Of a stretch of DNA of 43,517 bases, positions 25,397 through 35,404 are shown in pieces (within the stretch, counting starts at the first letter, position 1; the number at the start of each line of letters is the position of its first letter). This stretch comes from Verrucomicrobiota bacterium. Lineage in GTDB: Bacteria > Verrucomicrobiota > Verrucomicrobiia > Chthoniobacterales > JACTMZ01. A program made the position numbers and the translations under genes. The stretch lies in the NCBI GenBank assembly GCA_014584375.1, contig JACTMZ010000143.1:1-43517 (forward strand), written 5' to 3'. The notes under the pieces are model-generated. The model saw only the letters and a program-made list of their open reading frames with translations, was not told the origin of the DNA and searched no databases.

Positions 25397-25681
25397 ATGC
25401 TTGCGAATTCCGCAGGTAAAGGCATAGTGTCGCCGGTCATGCTTTACCAATCTTTGCGGCAATTGTTTTACACGCTCATTCTCACCGCCGTGTTCGTCTG
25501 CGTCGGCTGCGGCACGACGGAGCCCCCCGCCCCGCCATCCGCCACCGCACCAACAACGGTCAAAACCTACGCATGCAAAGTCTGTGGATCAGTGACATCG
25601 AAACCCAATCGTCACGGACGGTGTCCTCAGCAAAAGGACGGCGGGCCGTGCCGTTGGAAGGAAATCCCGCGCACAAATTGA
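25397..25681 (+). CDS. small hypothetical exported or lipoprotein-like protein with a 4-Cys motif
   Basis: Hydrophobic leader LILTAVFVCVGCGTT (imperfect lipobox), a Pro/Ala/Thr linker, then YACKVCGS...GRCPQQKDGGPCRW. ATG 25439 is an alternative start. Confidence 0.4.
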   Translation: MLANSAGKGIVSPVMLYQSLRQLFYTLILTAVFVCVGCGTTEPPAPPSATAPTTVKTYACKVCGSVTSKPNRHGRCPQQKDGGPCRWKEIPRTN

Positions 25682-25696
25682 TCCCCCTTGCCGGGC

Positions 25697-27040
25697 TCAT
25701 TCATTCCACGTGTAGGCGTTCTCCTTGTGCTGGGTCAAATCAAGACCCACATGTTCATCCTGCTCATCCACCCGAAGTCCGACGAGCATATCCACAATTT
25801 TAAAAAGGATCACACTTCCGACAAAGGAAAAGATCGCCGGAATAAACGTCGCCTTGATTTGAATTAAAAATTGCTCGGAAGGCGGATGGGCAACCAGGGG
25901 ATTTACAACGGCGGAGGCGAAAACGCCCGTCAACAACGCTCCGATGATTCCGCCAATTCCATGAATGCCGAAGGCGTCCAGCGTGTCATCGTAACCCAGT
26001 TTCGACTTCACCACGGTGACCATCAGCCAGCATAACACGGCGGAAACAATGCCGATCACAATGGCTGCCATCGGTGTCACAAAACCCGCCGCCGGAGTGA
26101 TTGCAACCAATCCTGCCACCACCCCGGATATCATGCCAAGCGTGGTCGGCTTTTTGTGAAACAGCCAATCCATCAACGCCCAGGTTGCTCCCGCAGCCGC
26201 CGTGGCAACCTGTGTCGTCACCAACGCAATACCCGCCAGGGCGTTTGCTCCCAAGGCGGAGCCGCCATTGAATCCGAACCAACCGAACCACAACAAACCC
26301 GCACCCAAAATGGCCAGCGGAAGGTTGTGCGGAGGCGACAAATGATTCCGGCGCCTGCCCAGCATGAGTGCGGCTGCAAGCGCTGACATGCCGGCGCTAA
26401 TGTGAACAACCGCACCTCCCGCAAAATCCAACGCTCCGTCCCTTCCAAGAAATCCGCCCCCCCACACCCAGTGGCAAATCGGAGAATAAATCAACAGCGA
26501 CCAGAGAACGGTGAAAATGCAGAAAGCGGAAAATTTCATCCGCTCCGCATAAGCTCCGGCAGTCAAGGCAGGCGCAATGATTGCAAATTTCATTTGAAAC
26601 GCCATGAACACGATGTGCGGGATGGTTGGCGCCAGTCCACTGGGCTTTTCCATGCCGCGCAAAAACAGGTAATCAAAACCGCCAATCAGACCACCCCTGT
26701 CGGTTCCAAAGGCCAACGTATATCCCACTGTCACCCAAAGAAGCGTGACAAGACACATGGCCATGAAGCACTGCATGAGGATCGAAAGGATGTTTTCACG
26801 GCGCACCAATCCTCCGTAAAAAAAGGCCAGCCCGGGCGTCATCAGCAACACAAAACTGGAACTGGCCAGCACCCATGCAGTGTCCCCGGTGTCATACACG
26901 GGCGCATGATTCGCCGCCGCAACCGTCGGCGTCGGCAAAACGGGCGCCTCCCCGGCATTTGTTTCCGCACGAAGGTGCGGAGTGAAGAAAATCATGACGG
27001 CGACAAGCACCAACAGCCCCCAAAAAAATATTCTGTTCAT
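25697..27040 (-). CDS. amt: ammonium transporter
   Basis: Signal peptide plus the Amt/MEP body: DFAGGAVVHISAG, FGWFGFNGGSA and DDTLDAFGIHGIGG. Confidence 0.95.
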   Translation of the reverse strand: MNRIFFWGLLVLVAVMIFFTPHLRAETNAGEAPVLPTPTVAAANHAPVYDTGDTAWVLASSSFVLLMTPGLAFFYGGLVRRENILSILMQCFMAMCLVTLLWVTVGYTLAFGTDRGGLIGGFDYLFLRGMEKPSGLAPTIPHIVFMAFQMKFAIIAPALTAGAYAERMKFSAFCIFTVLWSLLIYSPICHWVWGGGFLGRDGALDFAGGAVVHISAGMSALAAALMLGRRRNHLSPPHNLPLAILGAGLLWFGWFGFNGGSALGANALAGIALVTTQVATAAAGATWALMDWLFHKKPTTLGMISGVVAGLVAITPAAGFVTPMAAIVIGIVSAVLCWLMVTVVKSKLGYDDTLDAFGIHGIGGIIGALLTGVFASAVVNPLVAHPPSEQFLIQIKATFIPAIFSFVGSVILFKIVDMLVGLRVDEQDEHVGLDLTQHKENAYTWNE

Positions 27041-27086
27041 AACAATTTTAAAAATTTCGCAATCGGTTCAATGCCCTACAAGCCGT

Positions 27087-27120
27087 GCGTTGCAAACACG
27101 ACTTGTGCGGTTTGCAACGC
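27087..27120 (-). other. 11-bp-stem hairpin in the gdhA-amt intergenic spacer
   Basis: GCGTTGCAAAC-(12 nt)-GTTTGCAACGC has perfect arms at 27087..27097 and 27110..27120. It starts about 32 nt downstream of the gdhA stop and ends about 47 nt upstream of the amt start. There is no U-tract after it on the minus strand. Confidence 0.45.
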
Positions 27121-27151
27121 CGGAATTTTTGACATCGAAGTTCGTGTGGCT

Positions 27152-28590
<1,439 letters not shown>

Positions 28591-28857
28591 CGCTGATTTT
28601 GACTGACTATATAAAAATGGTTTTTGTCAAAATTTTATTATTTTTCATGGAAAATGTTGCGCTTGCGTTTTCGAGGGGTTGGCGGCGAAAATTGCACTCC
28701 GAACGGTGCGCATTTTTTCAAGCCATACAATTCGGAATCTTTCTCAGGGCGACAAGGCGACCGTTTTACCTCCCCGTTTCAGCCCCTCCCTCTCACTGCG
28801 AATCCGGCGCAATCACCCTTTCCGCCCTCCATCACATAAACACATCCATCACACCAC

Positions 28858-31800
28858 ATGCCAAAACGCGAAGACATCCATAAAGTTCTAATCATCGGAT
28901 CGGGTCCCATCATCATCGGCCAAGCCTGCGAGTTTGACTACTCCGGCACCCAGGCCTGCAAGGCCTTGCGAGCCCAAGGTTATCAGATCGTGCTGGCAAA
29001 CTCCAATCCGGCCACAATCATGACCGATCCTGAAACGGCGGATGTCACCTACATCGAGCCGCTCACCGTTCCTTCGCTCACCGAAATCATCGCCAAGGAA
29101 CGTCCGGATGCTCTGCTCCCCAATCTTGGCGGACAAACAGCGCTCAATTTGTCATCACAACTGGCCAAGGCGGGCGTTCTTGAGAAATACAATGTTCGCA
29201 TCATTGGCACGGAGGCGGATGCGATTGAGAAGGGTGAGGATCGCATTATTTTTAAGGAAACGATGAATCGCCTGGGCATTGAAATGCCCAAAAGCAAGCC
29301 GGCTTACAGCGTGCAGGAAGCTGAGGCCATTGCGGCGGAGCTGGGTTATCCCGTCGTCCTGCGCCCCGCTTATACGATGGGCGGAACCGGAGGCGGCTTG
29401 GTTTACAATGTGGAGGAACTGCGCACTGTCACCGCCCGCGGCATTTCCGCCAGCATGGTCGGACAGGTTCTCGTCGAGGAGTCGGTGCTCGGATGGGAGG
29501 AATTGGAGCTGGAAGTCGTGCGCGACGCCAAAGGTCAATTGATCACCGTTTGCTTTATTGAAAACGTGGACGCGATGGGTGTTCACACGGGCGACTCTTA
29601 CTGCGTCGCCCCCATGCTGACCATTTCGCCCGAACTCCAGGCAAGGCTGCAGGACTACGCCTACCGCATCGTTGACGCCATCGGTGTCATCGGCGGCACC
29701 AACACGCAGTTCGCCCACGATCCCAAAACAGGACGGGTTGTGATCATTGAAATCAATCCACGCACCTCCCGCTCCTCCGCCCTCGCCTCCAAGGCCACCG
29801 GCTTCCCCATCGCACTGGTCTCCGGAAAACTTGCAGCCGGACTCACCCTTGATGAAATTCCCTATTGGCGCGACGGAACCCTCGAAAAATACACGCCATC
29901 CGGCGATTATGTCGTTGTCAAATTTGCCCGTTGGGCATTTGAGAAATTCCCGGGTTCCGAAGACAAACTCGGCACTCAAATGCGCGCTGTCGGCGAAGTA
30001 ATGAGCATCGGAAAGACCTACAAGGAGGCATTTCAAAAGGCCATTCGTTCGCTGGAAAACGGACGTCATGGACTGGGTTTTGCCAAGGACTACAATAGCA
30101 GGTCGCTGCCGGAATTGATGGATCTCCTCGGCGAACCCTCCAGCGAACGCCAGTGGATCATGTATGAAGCCCTGCGCAAGGGCGCCACAGTTGCGGATCT
30201 GCACGCGAAGACTCACATCAAAGCCTGGTTCATCGAGCAAATGAAGGAACTCGTCGAACTGGAGGAGGAGGTTCTCAAGCACAAGGGCGGACCGCTTCCG
30301 GATGAGCTGCTCATTCGCGCAAAAAAGGACGGATTTTCCGACAAATATCTCGCCAAAATTCTCGATGTTCCGGAGGCATCCCTCCGCGCGCAACGCATCA
30401 AAGCCGGACTTCTGGAAAGTTGGGACGCCCTGCCGGTCAGCGGAGTCAGTGACGCCGCCGCCTATTATTACTCCACCTACAATTGCCCGGACAAAGTTGC
30501 AGCGTCATCGCGCAAGAAAATCATGGTTCTCGGCGGCGGACCGAACCGCATTGGTCAGGGTATCGAATTTGACTACTGTTGCGTTCATTGCGCCCTCGCC
30601 CTTCGCGAGGCCGGCTATGAGACCATCATGGTCAACTGCAACCCCGAGACGGTTTCCACCGATTACGACACTTCCGACCGCCTCTACTTTGAGCCGCTCA
30701 CCGTCGAGGATGTGCTGAGCATTTACGAAAAGGAAAAGCCCGAGGGGATTGTGGTGCAATTCGGCGGACAAACCCCGCTCAACATTGCCCGGGAACTCGA
30801 AGCGTCCGGCGTCAAAATTCTCGGCACCTCCCCGGACGTAATTGACCTTGCGGAGGATCGCGACCGTTTCCGCAAAATGATGGACAAAATGGGCATTCCC
30901 ATGCCGGAATCCGGAATGGCGAGCACCTTTGAGGAAGCTCGCGAGATTGCAGGGCGCATTGGTTACCCGGTCATGGTGCGTCCTTCGTTTGTCCTTGGCG
31001 GACGTGGGATGGAGGTGGTTCACGACGAAGACATGCTTCGCCGCTATGTGGCGGCTGCCACCGATGTGACGCCGGAGCGTCCGATCCTTATTGACCGCTT
31101 TCTGGAAAACGCCATTGAGGCGGAAGCGGATGCCCTGGCCGACGGAACAGACGCCTTTGTTCCCGCCGTCATGGAACACACGGAGCTCGCGGGTGTTCAT
31201 TCCGGTGATTCCGCCTGCGCCATACCGCCGGTGACGCTTTCGGACAAACACATAGCGACCATTGAGGAATACACCCTGCGGATCAGCCGCGAACTTGGTG
31301 TCTGCGGCGTCATGAACATTCAATACGCCGTCAGCGGCGACGAGGTTTATGTATTGGAGGCCAACCCGCGTGCTTCACGCACCGTTCCGCTTGTGAGCAA
31401 GGTTTGCAATATTCCGCTGGCGCGCATCGCGACACGACTGATGCTGGGAGAGAAGCTCAAGGACATGAATCTTCAGCGTAAAAAAATTCCGCACACCGGG
31501 GTCAAGGAGGTCGTGCTGCCCTTCAACATGTTTCCCGAGGTGGATCCCGTACTGGGGCCCGAAATGCGCTCCACCGGCGAGGTTCTCGGCATGGCGCCAT
31601 CCTTTGGACTCGCCTATTTCAAAGCTCAGGCGGCCGCCGGAGCCGCCCTTCCGCTCACCGGAACCGTGTTTATCTCCGTCACCGACCGGGACAAACCGGC
31701 CATTCACGAGGTTGCAAAGCAGTTTGCCGATCTCGGGTTTAAAATTCGCGCCACCGAAGGCACCTGTACGTTCCTGCGCTCCAAGGGAATTCCCTGCGAA

Positions 31801-32064
31801 ATCAGCTTCAAGTACCACGAAGGTCAGCGCCCGAACATCGCCGATGAAATTGTCAACGGAGAGATTGCCCTCGTCATCAACACCCCGTCGGGAAAATCCA
31901 GTGCCTTCGATGACACCTACATTCGAAAGCTGGCCATCAAGCACAAGATTCCCTACATCACAACCCCTGCGGCCGCCCGCGCATCGGCTCTGGGCATCGC
32001 CGCCGCCCGGGAAGGCAAACCCGATGTCAAATCCCTGCAAAGCTATCACAAGGACATCGGCTGA
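28858..32064 (+). CDS. carB: carbamoyl-phosphate synthase large subunit
   Basis: 1068 aa with a duplicated ATP-grasp architecture (GSGPIIIGQACEFDYSG and LGGGPNRIGQGIEFDYC) and a C-terminal MGS-like allosteric domain. No carA is adjacent. Confidence 0.97.
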   Translation: MPKREDIHKVLIIGSGPIIIGQACEFDYSGTQACKALRAQGYQIVLANSNPATIMTDPETADVTYIEPLTVPSLTEIIAKERPDALLPNLGGQTALNLSSQLAKAGVLEKYNVRIIGTEADAIEKGEDRIIFKETMNRLGIEMPKSKPAYSVQEAEAIAAELGYPVVLRPAYTMGGTGGGLVYNVEELRTVTARGISASMVGQVLVEESVLGWEELELEVVRDAKGQLITVCFIENVDAMGVHTGDSYCVAPMLTISPELQARLQDYAYRIVDAIGVIGGTNTQFAHDPKTGRVVIIEINPRTSRSSALASKATGFPIALVSGKLAAGLTLDEIPYWRDGTLEKYTPSGDYVVVKFARWAFEKFPGSEDKLGTQMRAVGEVMSIGKTYKEAFQKAIRSLENGRHGLGFAKDYNSRSLPELMDLLGEPSSERQWIMYEALRKGATVADLHAKTHIKAWFIEQMKELVELEEEVLKHKGGPLPDELLIRAKKDGFSDKYLAKILDVPEASLRAQRIKAGLLESWDALPVSGVSDAAAYYYSTYNCPDKVAASSRKKIMVLGGGPNRIGQGIEFDYCCVHCALALREAGYETIMVNCNPETVSTDYDTSDRLYFEPLTVEDVLSIYEKEKPEGIVVQFGGQTPLNIARELEASGVKILGTSPDVIDLAEDRDRFRKMMDKMGIPMPESGMASTFEEAREIAGRIGYPVMVRPSFVLGGRGMEVVHDEDMLRRYVAAATDVTPERPILIDRFLENAIEAEADALADGTDAFVPAVMEHTELAGVHSGDSACAIPPVTLSDKHIATIEEYTLRISRELGVCGVMNIQYAVSGDEVYVLEANPRASRTVPLVSKVCNIPLARIATRLMLGEKLKDMNLQRKKIPHTGVKEVVLPFNMFPEVDPVLGPEMRSTGEVLGMAPSFGLAYFKAQAAAGAALPLTGTVFISVTDRDKPAIHEVAKQFADLGFKIRATEGTCTFLRSKGIPCEISFKYHEGQRPNIADEIVNGEIALVINTPSGKSSAFDDTYIRKLAIKHKIPYITTPAAARASALGIAAAREGKPDVKSLQSYHKDIG

Positions 32065-32092
32065 ACCCCGCCGACGCCCCGCCGTGGGAATC

Positions 32093-33667
32093 ATGAACTC
32101 ATTTGTAAAAAGTCACCCGTCTCTTGCGGCGATCGGTGTCGCATCATCCAACATCACGGATGATGCAACCCGCAAGATGCTGGACACGACTATTGAGATT
32201 GCACGGCTTGCGGGAATTTATTTTGGCGCGGTCGCTGTCATTTTCATTGTTTTAATGTTCATCGGGCGACTGCTGAAACGGCGGTTAAGCCTCCCCTTTG
32301 GCTGGAGATTCCGCATTCTTTGCCTGTCCCTGGCCTTGTATTTGCCGACTCTCTCCCCGTTTGTTTCCATTCCCGGGCGGCGCCATCTCGGCGCACTGGT
32401 CATCATTACGGCGGCTTTTGCCCTGAATCGCCTGATACGTCATTACCTCTTCGATGTACGGAGGAAAAACGGAGAGGGCGCACAAGTTCCGAAGCTTTTC
32501 GGAGACATCGTTTCTGCCACCGTCATTATCGGAACCATTTTCGCCGTATTGCAGATTGCCTATGGCGTCAAAGTTCCGGGTCTTTTGGCCGGGGCGGGCA
32601 TCATTGGTCTGGTTCTCGGCCTTGCGCTGCAGGACACGCTTGGAAATATTTTCAGCGGATTCGCGATTTATTTCGGAGGTCAGTTCAAGGCGGGGGACTG
32701 GCTGCTTGTTGACGGACGTCATGCAAAAATCGAGGAAATCAACTGGCGTTCCACGCGTCTGCGAACGGATGACGGCATTCGTCTCGACATTCCCAACAAT
32801 GCCATCACAAAGCAGACCGTCGTCAACTTCACCTCTCCAACGGGCTCTCACGGGATGCGCATGGAAATCGGCTTGGACTATGACTCACCGCCCGGCTTGG
32901 TAAAAACCGTCCTGCTCGAATCCGCGTTGGATTGTCCGTATGTTTTACGTGATCCCGAGCCGGATGTCTTCGTAAAGCGCCTGGGCGACTGGAGCGTCCT
33001 TTACGAACTTCGCTACTGGCTTAAAGACCATGGACATTATGAAATCGCCAACAGTCAAATTAACGCGATTTTGTGGCATTCCCTCAAACGCAATGGCATT
33101 CAAATTCCTCCGCCGGTCCGCCCGCAACCACAGCCCGACCACGTTGATTCGTCCGCCGAAAGTTTCATCCGCGATGCGTTAAAACACTCGCTGCTGGCGA
33201 ACGTTCTTCCCGAAGCGGCGTTGGATGGCATTGCTGAACGCAGCCGCATTGTTCATTTTAGTGAGGGGGAAACCATCATCCGTCGCGGGACGGATTCCGA
33301 CGCCATGTTTATCCTCATTCAAGGTCACGCCGAGGTGCAGATGGAGTTGAAAAACATGCCCGCACAGCCGATTTGCCTGGAGCCGGGTGCGTGCATCGGC
33401 GAAATCCCCCTGCTCGCCGGAGAACCCCACGGCACCTCCATCCGTGCCGCAGAGGACTGCACGGCCGTGGAAATTCCGCGTTCCGCCCTCGCGCCCGCCC
33501 TCACCGCCAACCCGACCTCCCTCGAAAAACTCAGCGAACTTTTGACCCGCAAAAAAATGGAACGCGAAGGCACGGACGCCATGGGCAAAACCATGGGAAA
33601 CGAGTCCACCGAAAAAAATTACAAAGCCGGTTTTCTGAAAAAACTTCGTTCACTTTTCAAAGTCTGA
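32093..33667 (+). CDS. MscS-family mechanosensitive channel with C-terminal cyclic-nucleotide-binding domain (bCNG-type)
   Basis: MscS pore/beta domain LQDTLGNIFSGFAIYFGGQFKAGDWLLVDG...EEINWRSTRLRT and a C-terminal cNMP-binding fold (FSEGETIIRRGTDSDAMFILIQG...GACIGEIPLLAGEPHGTSIRA). The ORF opens at 31604 inside carB; ATG 32093 is the first start after the carB stop. Confidence 0.85.
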   Translation: MNSFVKSHPSLAAIGVASSNITDDATRKMLDTTIEIARLAGIYFGAVAVIFIVLMFIGRLLKRRLSLPFGWRFRILCLSLALYLPTLSPFVSIPGRRHLGALVIITAAFALNRLIRHYLFDVRRKNGEGAQVPKLFGDIVSATVIIGTIFAVLQIAYGVKVPGLLAGAGIIGLVLGLALQDTLGNIFSGFAIYFGGQFKAGDWLLVDGRHAKIEEINWRSTRLRTDDGIRLDIPNNAITKQTVVNFTSPTGSHGMRMEIGLDYDSPPGLVKTVLLESALDCPYVLRDPEPDVFVKRLGDWSVLYELRYWLKDHGHYEIANSQINAILWHSLKRNGIQIPPPVRPQPQPDHVDSSAESFIRDALKHSLLANVLPEAALDGIAERSRIVHFSEGETIIRRGTDSDAMFILIQGHAEVQMELKNMPAQPICLEPGACIGEIPLLAGEPHGTSIRAAEDCTAVEIPRSALAPALTANPTSLEKLSELLTRKKMEREGTDAMGKTMGNESTEKNYKAGFLKKLRSLFKV

Positions 33668-33749
33668 CAGCCTTGCCAGAGGCGCTTTGTCATTGCCACA
33701 GCCGCGTCCCTGCGTTTGTTTGTCATAGACGACATCTTCCCAAACACAC

Positions 33750-34373
33750 ATGCCACTTTTCGTCACCAAGGATGGGCAGACCTTCGGCCCCTATGAGCCG
33801 GAGGAGATTGCCATTTTTCTCGGAACCGGCGACTTTCAGCCGGAAGACTATTGCTGGCAGGAGGGTTGGGACACATGGCGCGCCATTTCATCCGTTCTGC
33901 CCTCAAAACCCCTCCCCGCCGCGCCCAGCGTCGCCACATCCACCCCGCCGCCGTCCACACCGCCAATACCTCGTCAAAAGGGCCAGATTCCAGACGACAT
34001 CGAAATCATTGGAACATTGAAGCTGCCGGATGACCGCACCGTAACCTGCCGCGTGGAGGGGGAAATCATTTGTCCGTCCACCGTAACAATCGCCCTCGAA
34101 GCCAAGGTCAAGGCTCGCATCAAAGCCCGCGCCGTCATTATTTACGGCTCCGTGGAAGGCGAAATTCACGCGGAAAATCGTGCGGTTTTAAAAAGTTCAT
34201 CCACGTTGGTCGGCGACATTCATGCTTCCCGCGTTCTGGTGGAGGAAGGCGCGTCATTCAGCGGCAAATCCCATGTAAATTCCAAAGCCGTGCTGCCAGC
34301 CTCCTCCAAGCCGCGCCCAGCTTCCGCCGCTCCCAAAAGAAACACATCCCAAGGATCCGCACGCCGCTCGTGA
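33750..34373 (+). CDS. GYF_2 (DUF4339) domain - bactofilin fusion protein
   Basis: The N-terminal KDGQTFGPYEPEEIAIFLGTGDFQPEDYCWQEGWDTWRAISSVL is a GYF_2 domain. A Pro-rich linker follows, then the bactofilin beta-helix repeat pattern (VEGEI..., IYGSVEGEIHAENRAVLKSSSTLVGDIHASRVLVEEGASFSG) and a basic Ser/Pro tail. Confidence 0.75.
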   Translation: MPLFVTKDGQTFGPYEPEEIAIFLGTGDFQPEDYCWQEGWDTWRAISSVLPSKPLPAAPSVATSTPPPSTPPIPRQKGQIPDDIEIIGTLKLPDDRTVTCRVEGEIICPSTVTIALEAKVKARIKARAVIIYGSVEGEIHAENRAVLKSSSTLVGDIHASRVLVEEGASFSGKSHVNSKAVLPASSKPRPASAAPKRNTSQGSARRS

Positions 34374-34377
34374 TCAC

Positions 34378-34392
34378 GCGCAGGCCCTGCGC
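34378..34392. terminator. GC-rich hairpin between the convergent bactofilin and sigma genes (possible bidirectional terminator)
   Basis: GCGCAGG-C-CCTGCGC sits in the 31-bp spacer. The effective stem is 5-6 bp, and there is no clear U-tract on either strand. Confidence 0.3.
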
Positions 34393-34404
34393 ATTGACGT
34401 TGAT

Positions 34405-35256
34405 TTAGACAGAGGCGGATCGAACGAACGGCAGCGGCGGCTCCTCGCGCTTGCTCAACGCCCGGCGCATTTTCAACAGGGCGATATTCTGCAATTGACG
34501 AATACGCTCGCGCGTGACTCCGAATTTGCGTCCGACTTCCTCCAAAGTACGTTCGCGTCCGCCTCCCAGGCCGAAACGAAACGCGATAATCCGGCGCTCA
34601 CGCGCATCCAGCGTGTCCAACAATCCCCCAACCTCCTCCCGCATATCCTTGTCGCGCAGCATTTCAAAAGGATCCTCCGCATGCTCATCCTTCACCAAAT
34701 TTCCAAACGGCGTCTCATCATCACCATTGATGCGGGCGTCCAACGAGGCCGGGCGAATTCCCACGCTTTTCAAATGCGTGACTTTGGATAACGGCAGCCC
34801 CAACTCATCCGCCAGTTCCAGATCCGTCGGCTCGCGCCCCAGCTCCTCCGTCATGCGTGCAGAAGCGCGGCGAATCTTGCTGATTTTGTCCACCAAATGA
34901 ACGGGCAGGCGAATGGTTTTGCTCTGATTGGCAAGCGCCCGCTTGATGGATTGCTTGATCCACCACGAGGCGTAGGTGCTGAGCTTGCCTCCTTTTTTCG
35001 GGTCAAACCGCTCCACGGCCTTGATAAGGCCGATATTGCCTTCGGAAATCAAATCCGACAGCGGCAGACCGTAGTTGCCAAAATCATGGGCAATTTTGAC
35101 CACCAGGCGCAAATTGGCTTCGATCATTTTTCGACGGGCCCGTTTGTCGCCCCGCTTGATCCCAGCCGCCAGCTTGACCTCCTCCGCAGGCGTCAAAAGC
35201 GGCACGCGGCCAATTTCGCGCAGGTAAAGCCCAAGATTGGTATCGGGAGAGTTCAT
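34405..35256 (-). CDS. RNA polymerase sigma factor, sigma-70 (RpoD/SigA) family, lacking region 1.1
   Basis: Regions 2-4 are present: [36 protein letters not shown] and [20 protein letters not shown]. The ORF opens with TTG 35271. ATG 35256 is preceded by GAGGAA at SD distance, so I prefer it. Confidence 0.9.
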   Translation of the reverse strand: MNSPDTNLGLYLREIGRVPLLTPAEEVKLAAGIKRGDKRARRKMIEANLRLVVKIAHDFGNYGLPLSDLISEGNIGLIKAVERFDPKKGGKLSTYASWWIKQSIKRALANQSKTIRLPVHLVDKISKIRRASARMTEELGREPTDLELADELGLPLSKVTHLKSVGIRPASLDARINGDDETPFGNLVKDEHAEDPFEMLRDKDMREEVGGLLDTLDARERRIIAFRFGLGGGRERTLEEVGRKFGVTRERIRQLQNIALLKMRRALSKREEPPLPFVRSASV

Positions 35257-35404
35257 AAAATTATTCCTCAAATGTTTTTGCTCTATCTCTATTCGACCAT
35301 GCAGACAAACAGACGTTCAATATAACCCCACCACCACAACCCCATTCCTTCCTCTTGTTTCGGGTGGCCTCACCGCGCATTCTCGCTTAACAAGGACAAG
35401 ACCA

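Noticed and set aside
28700-28730. Possible attenuator or terminator in the carB leader (GCAC-TCCGAACG-GTGC followed by GCATTTTTT)
   Set aside because: The stem is only 4 bp, too weak to call. No PyrR- or arginine-type motif was recognised.
29155-30393. 412-aa minus-strand ORF inside carB
   Set aside because: It is antisense to carB with a low-complexity composition. The number of long antisense ORFs in this window reflects codon bias rather than overlapping genes.
31604-32092. N-terminal extension of the MscS ORF overlapping the carB 3' end
   Set aside because: The extension is Pro/Ser/Arg-rich and lies inside conserved carB coding sequence. ATG 32093, just after the carB stop, gives a sensible membrane-protein N-terminus. 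The same logic was applied to the extensions at 2393..2527, 3869..3976, 13382..13474, 16809..17027, 35237..35404 and 39794..39958.
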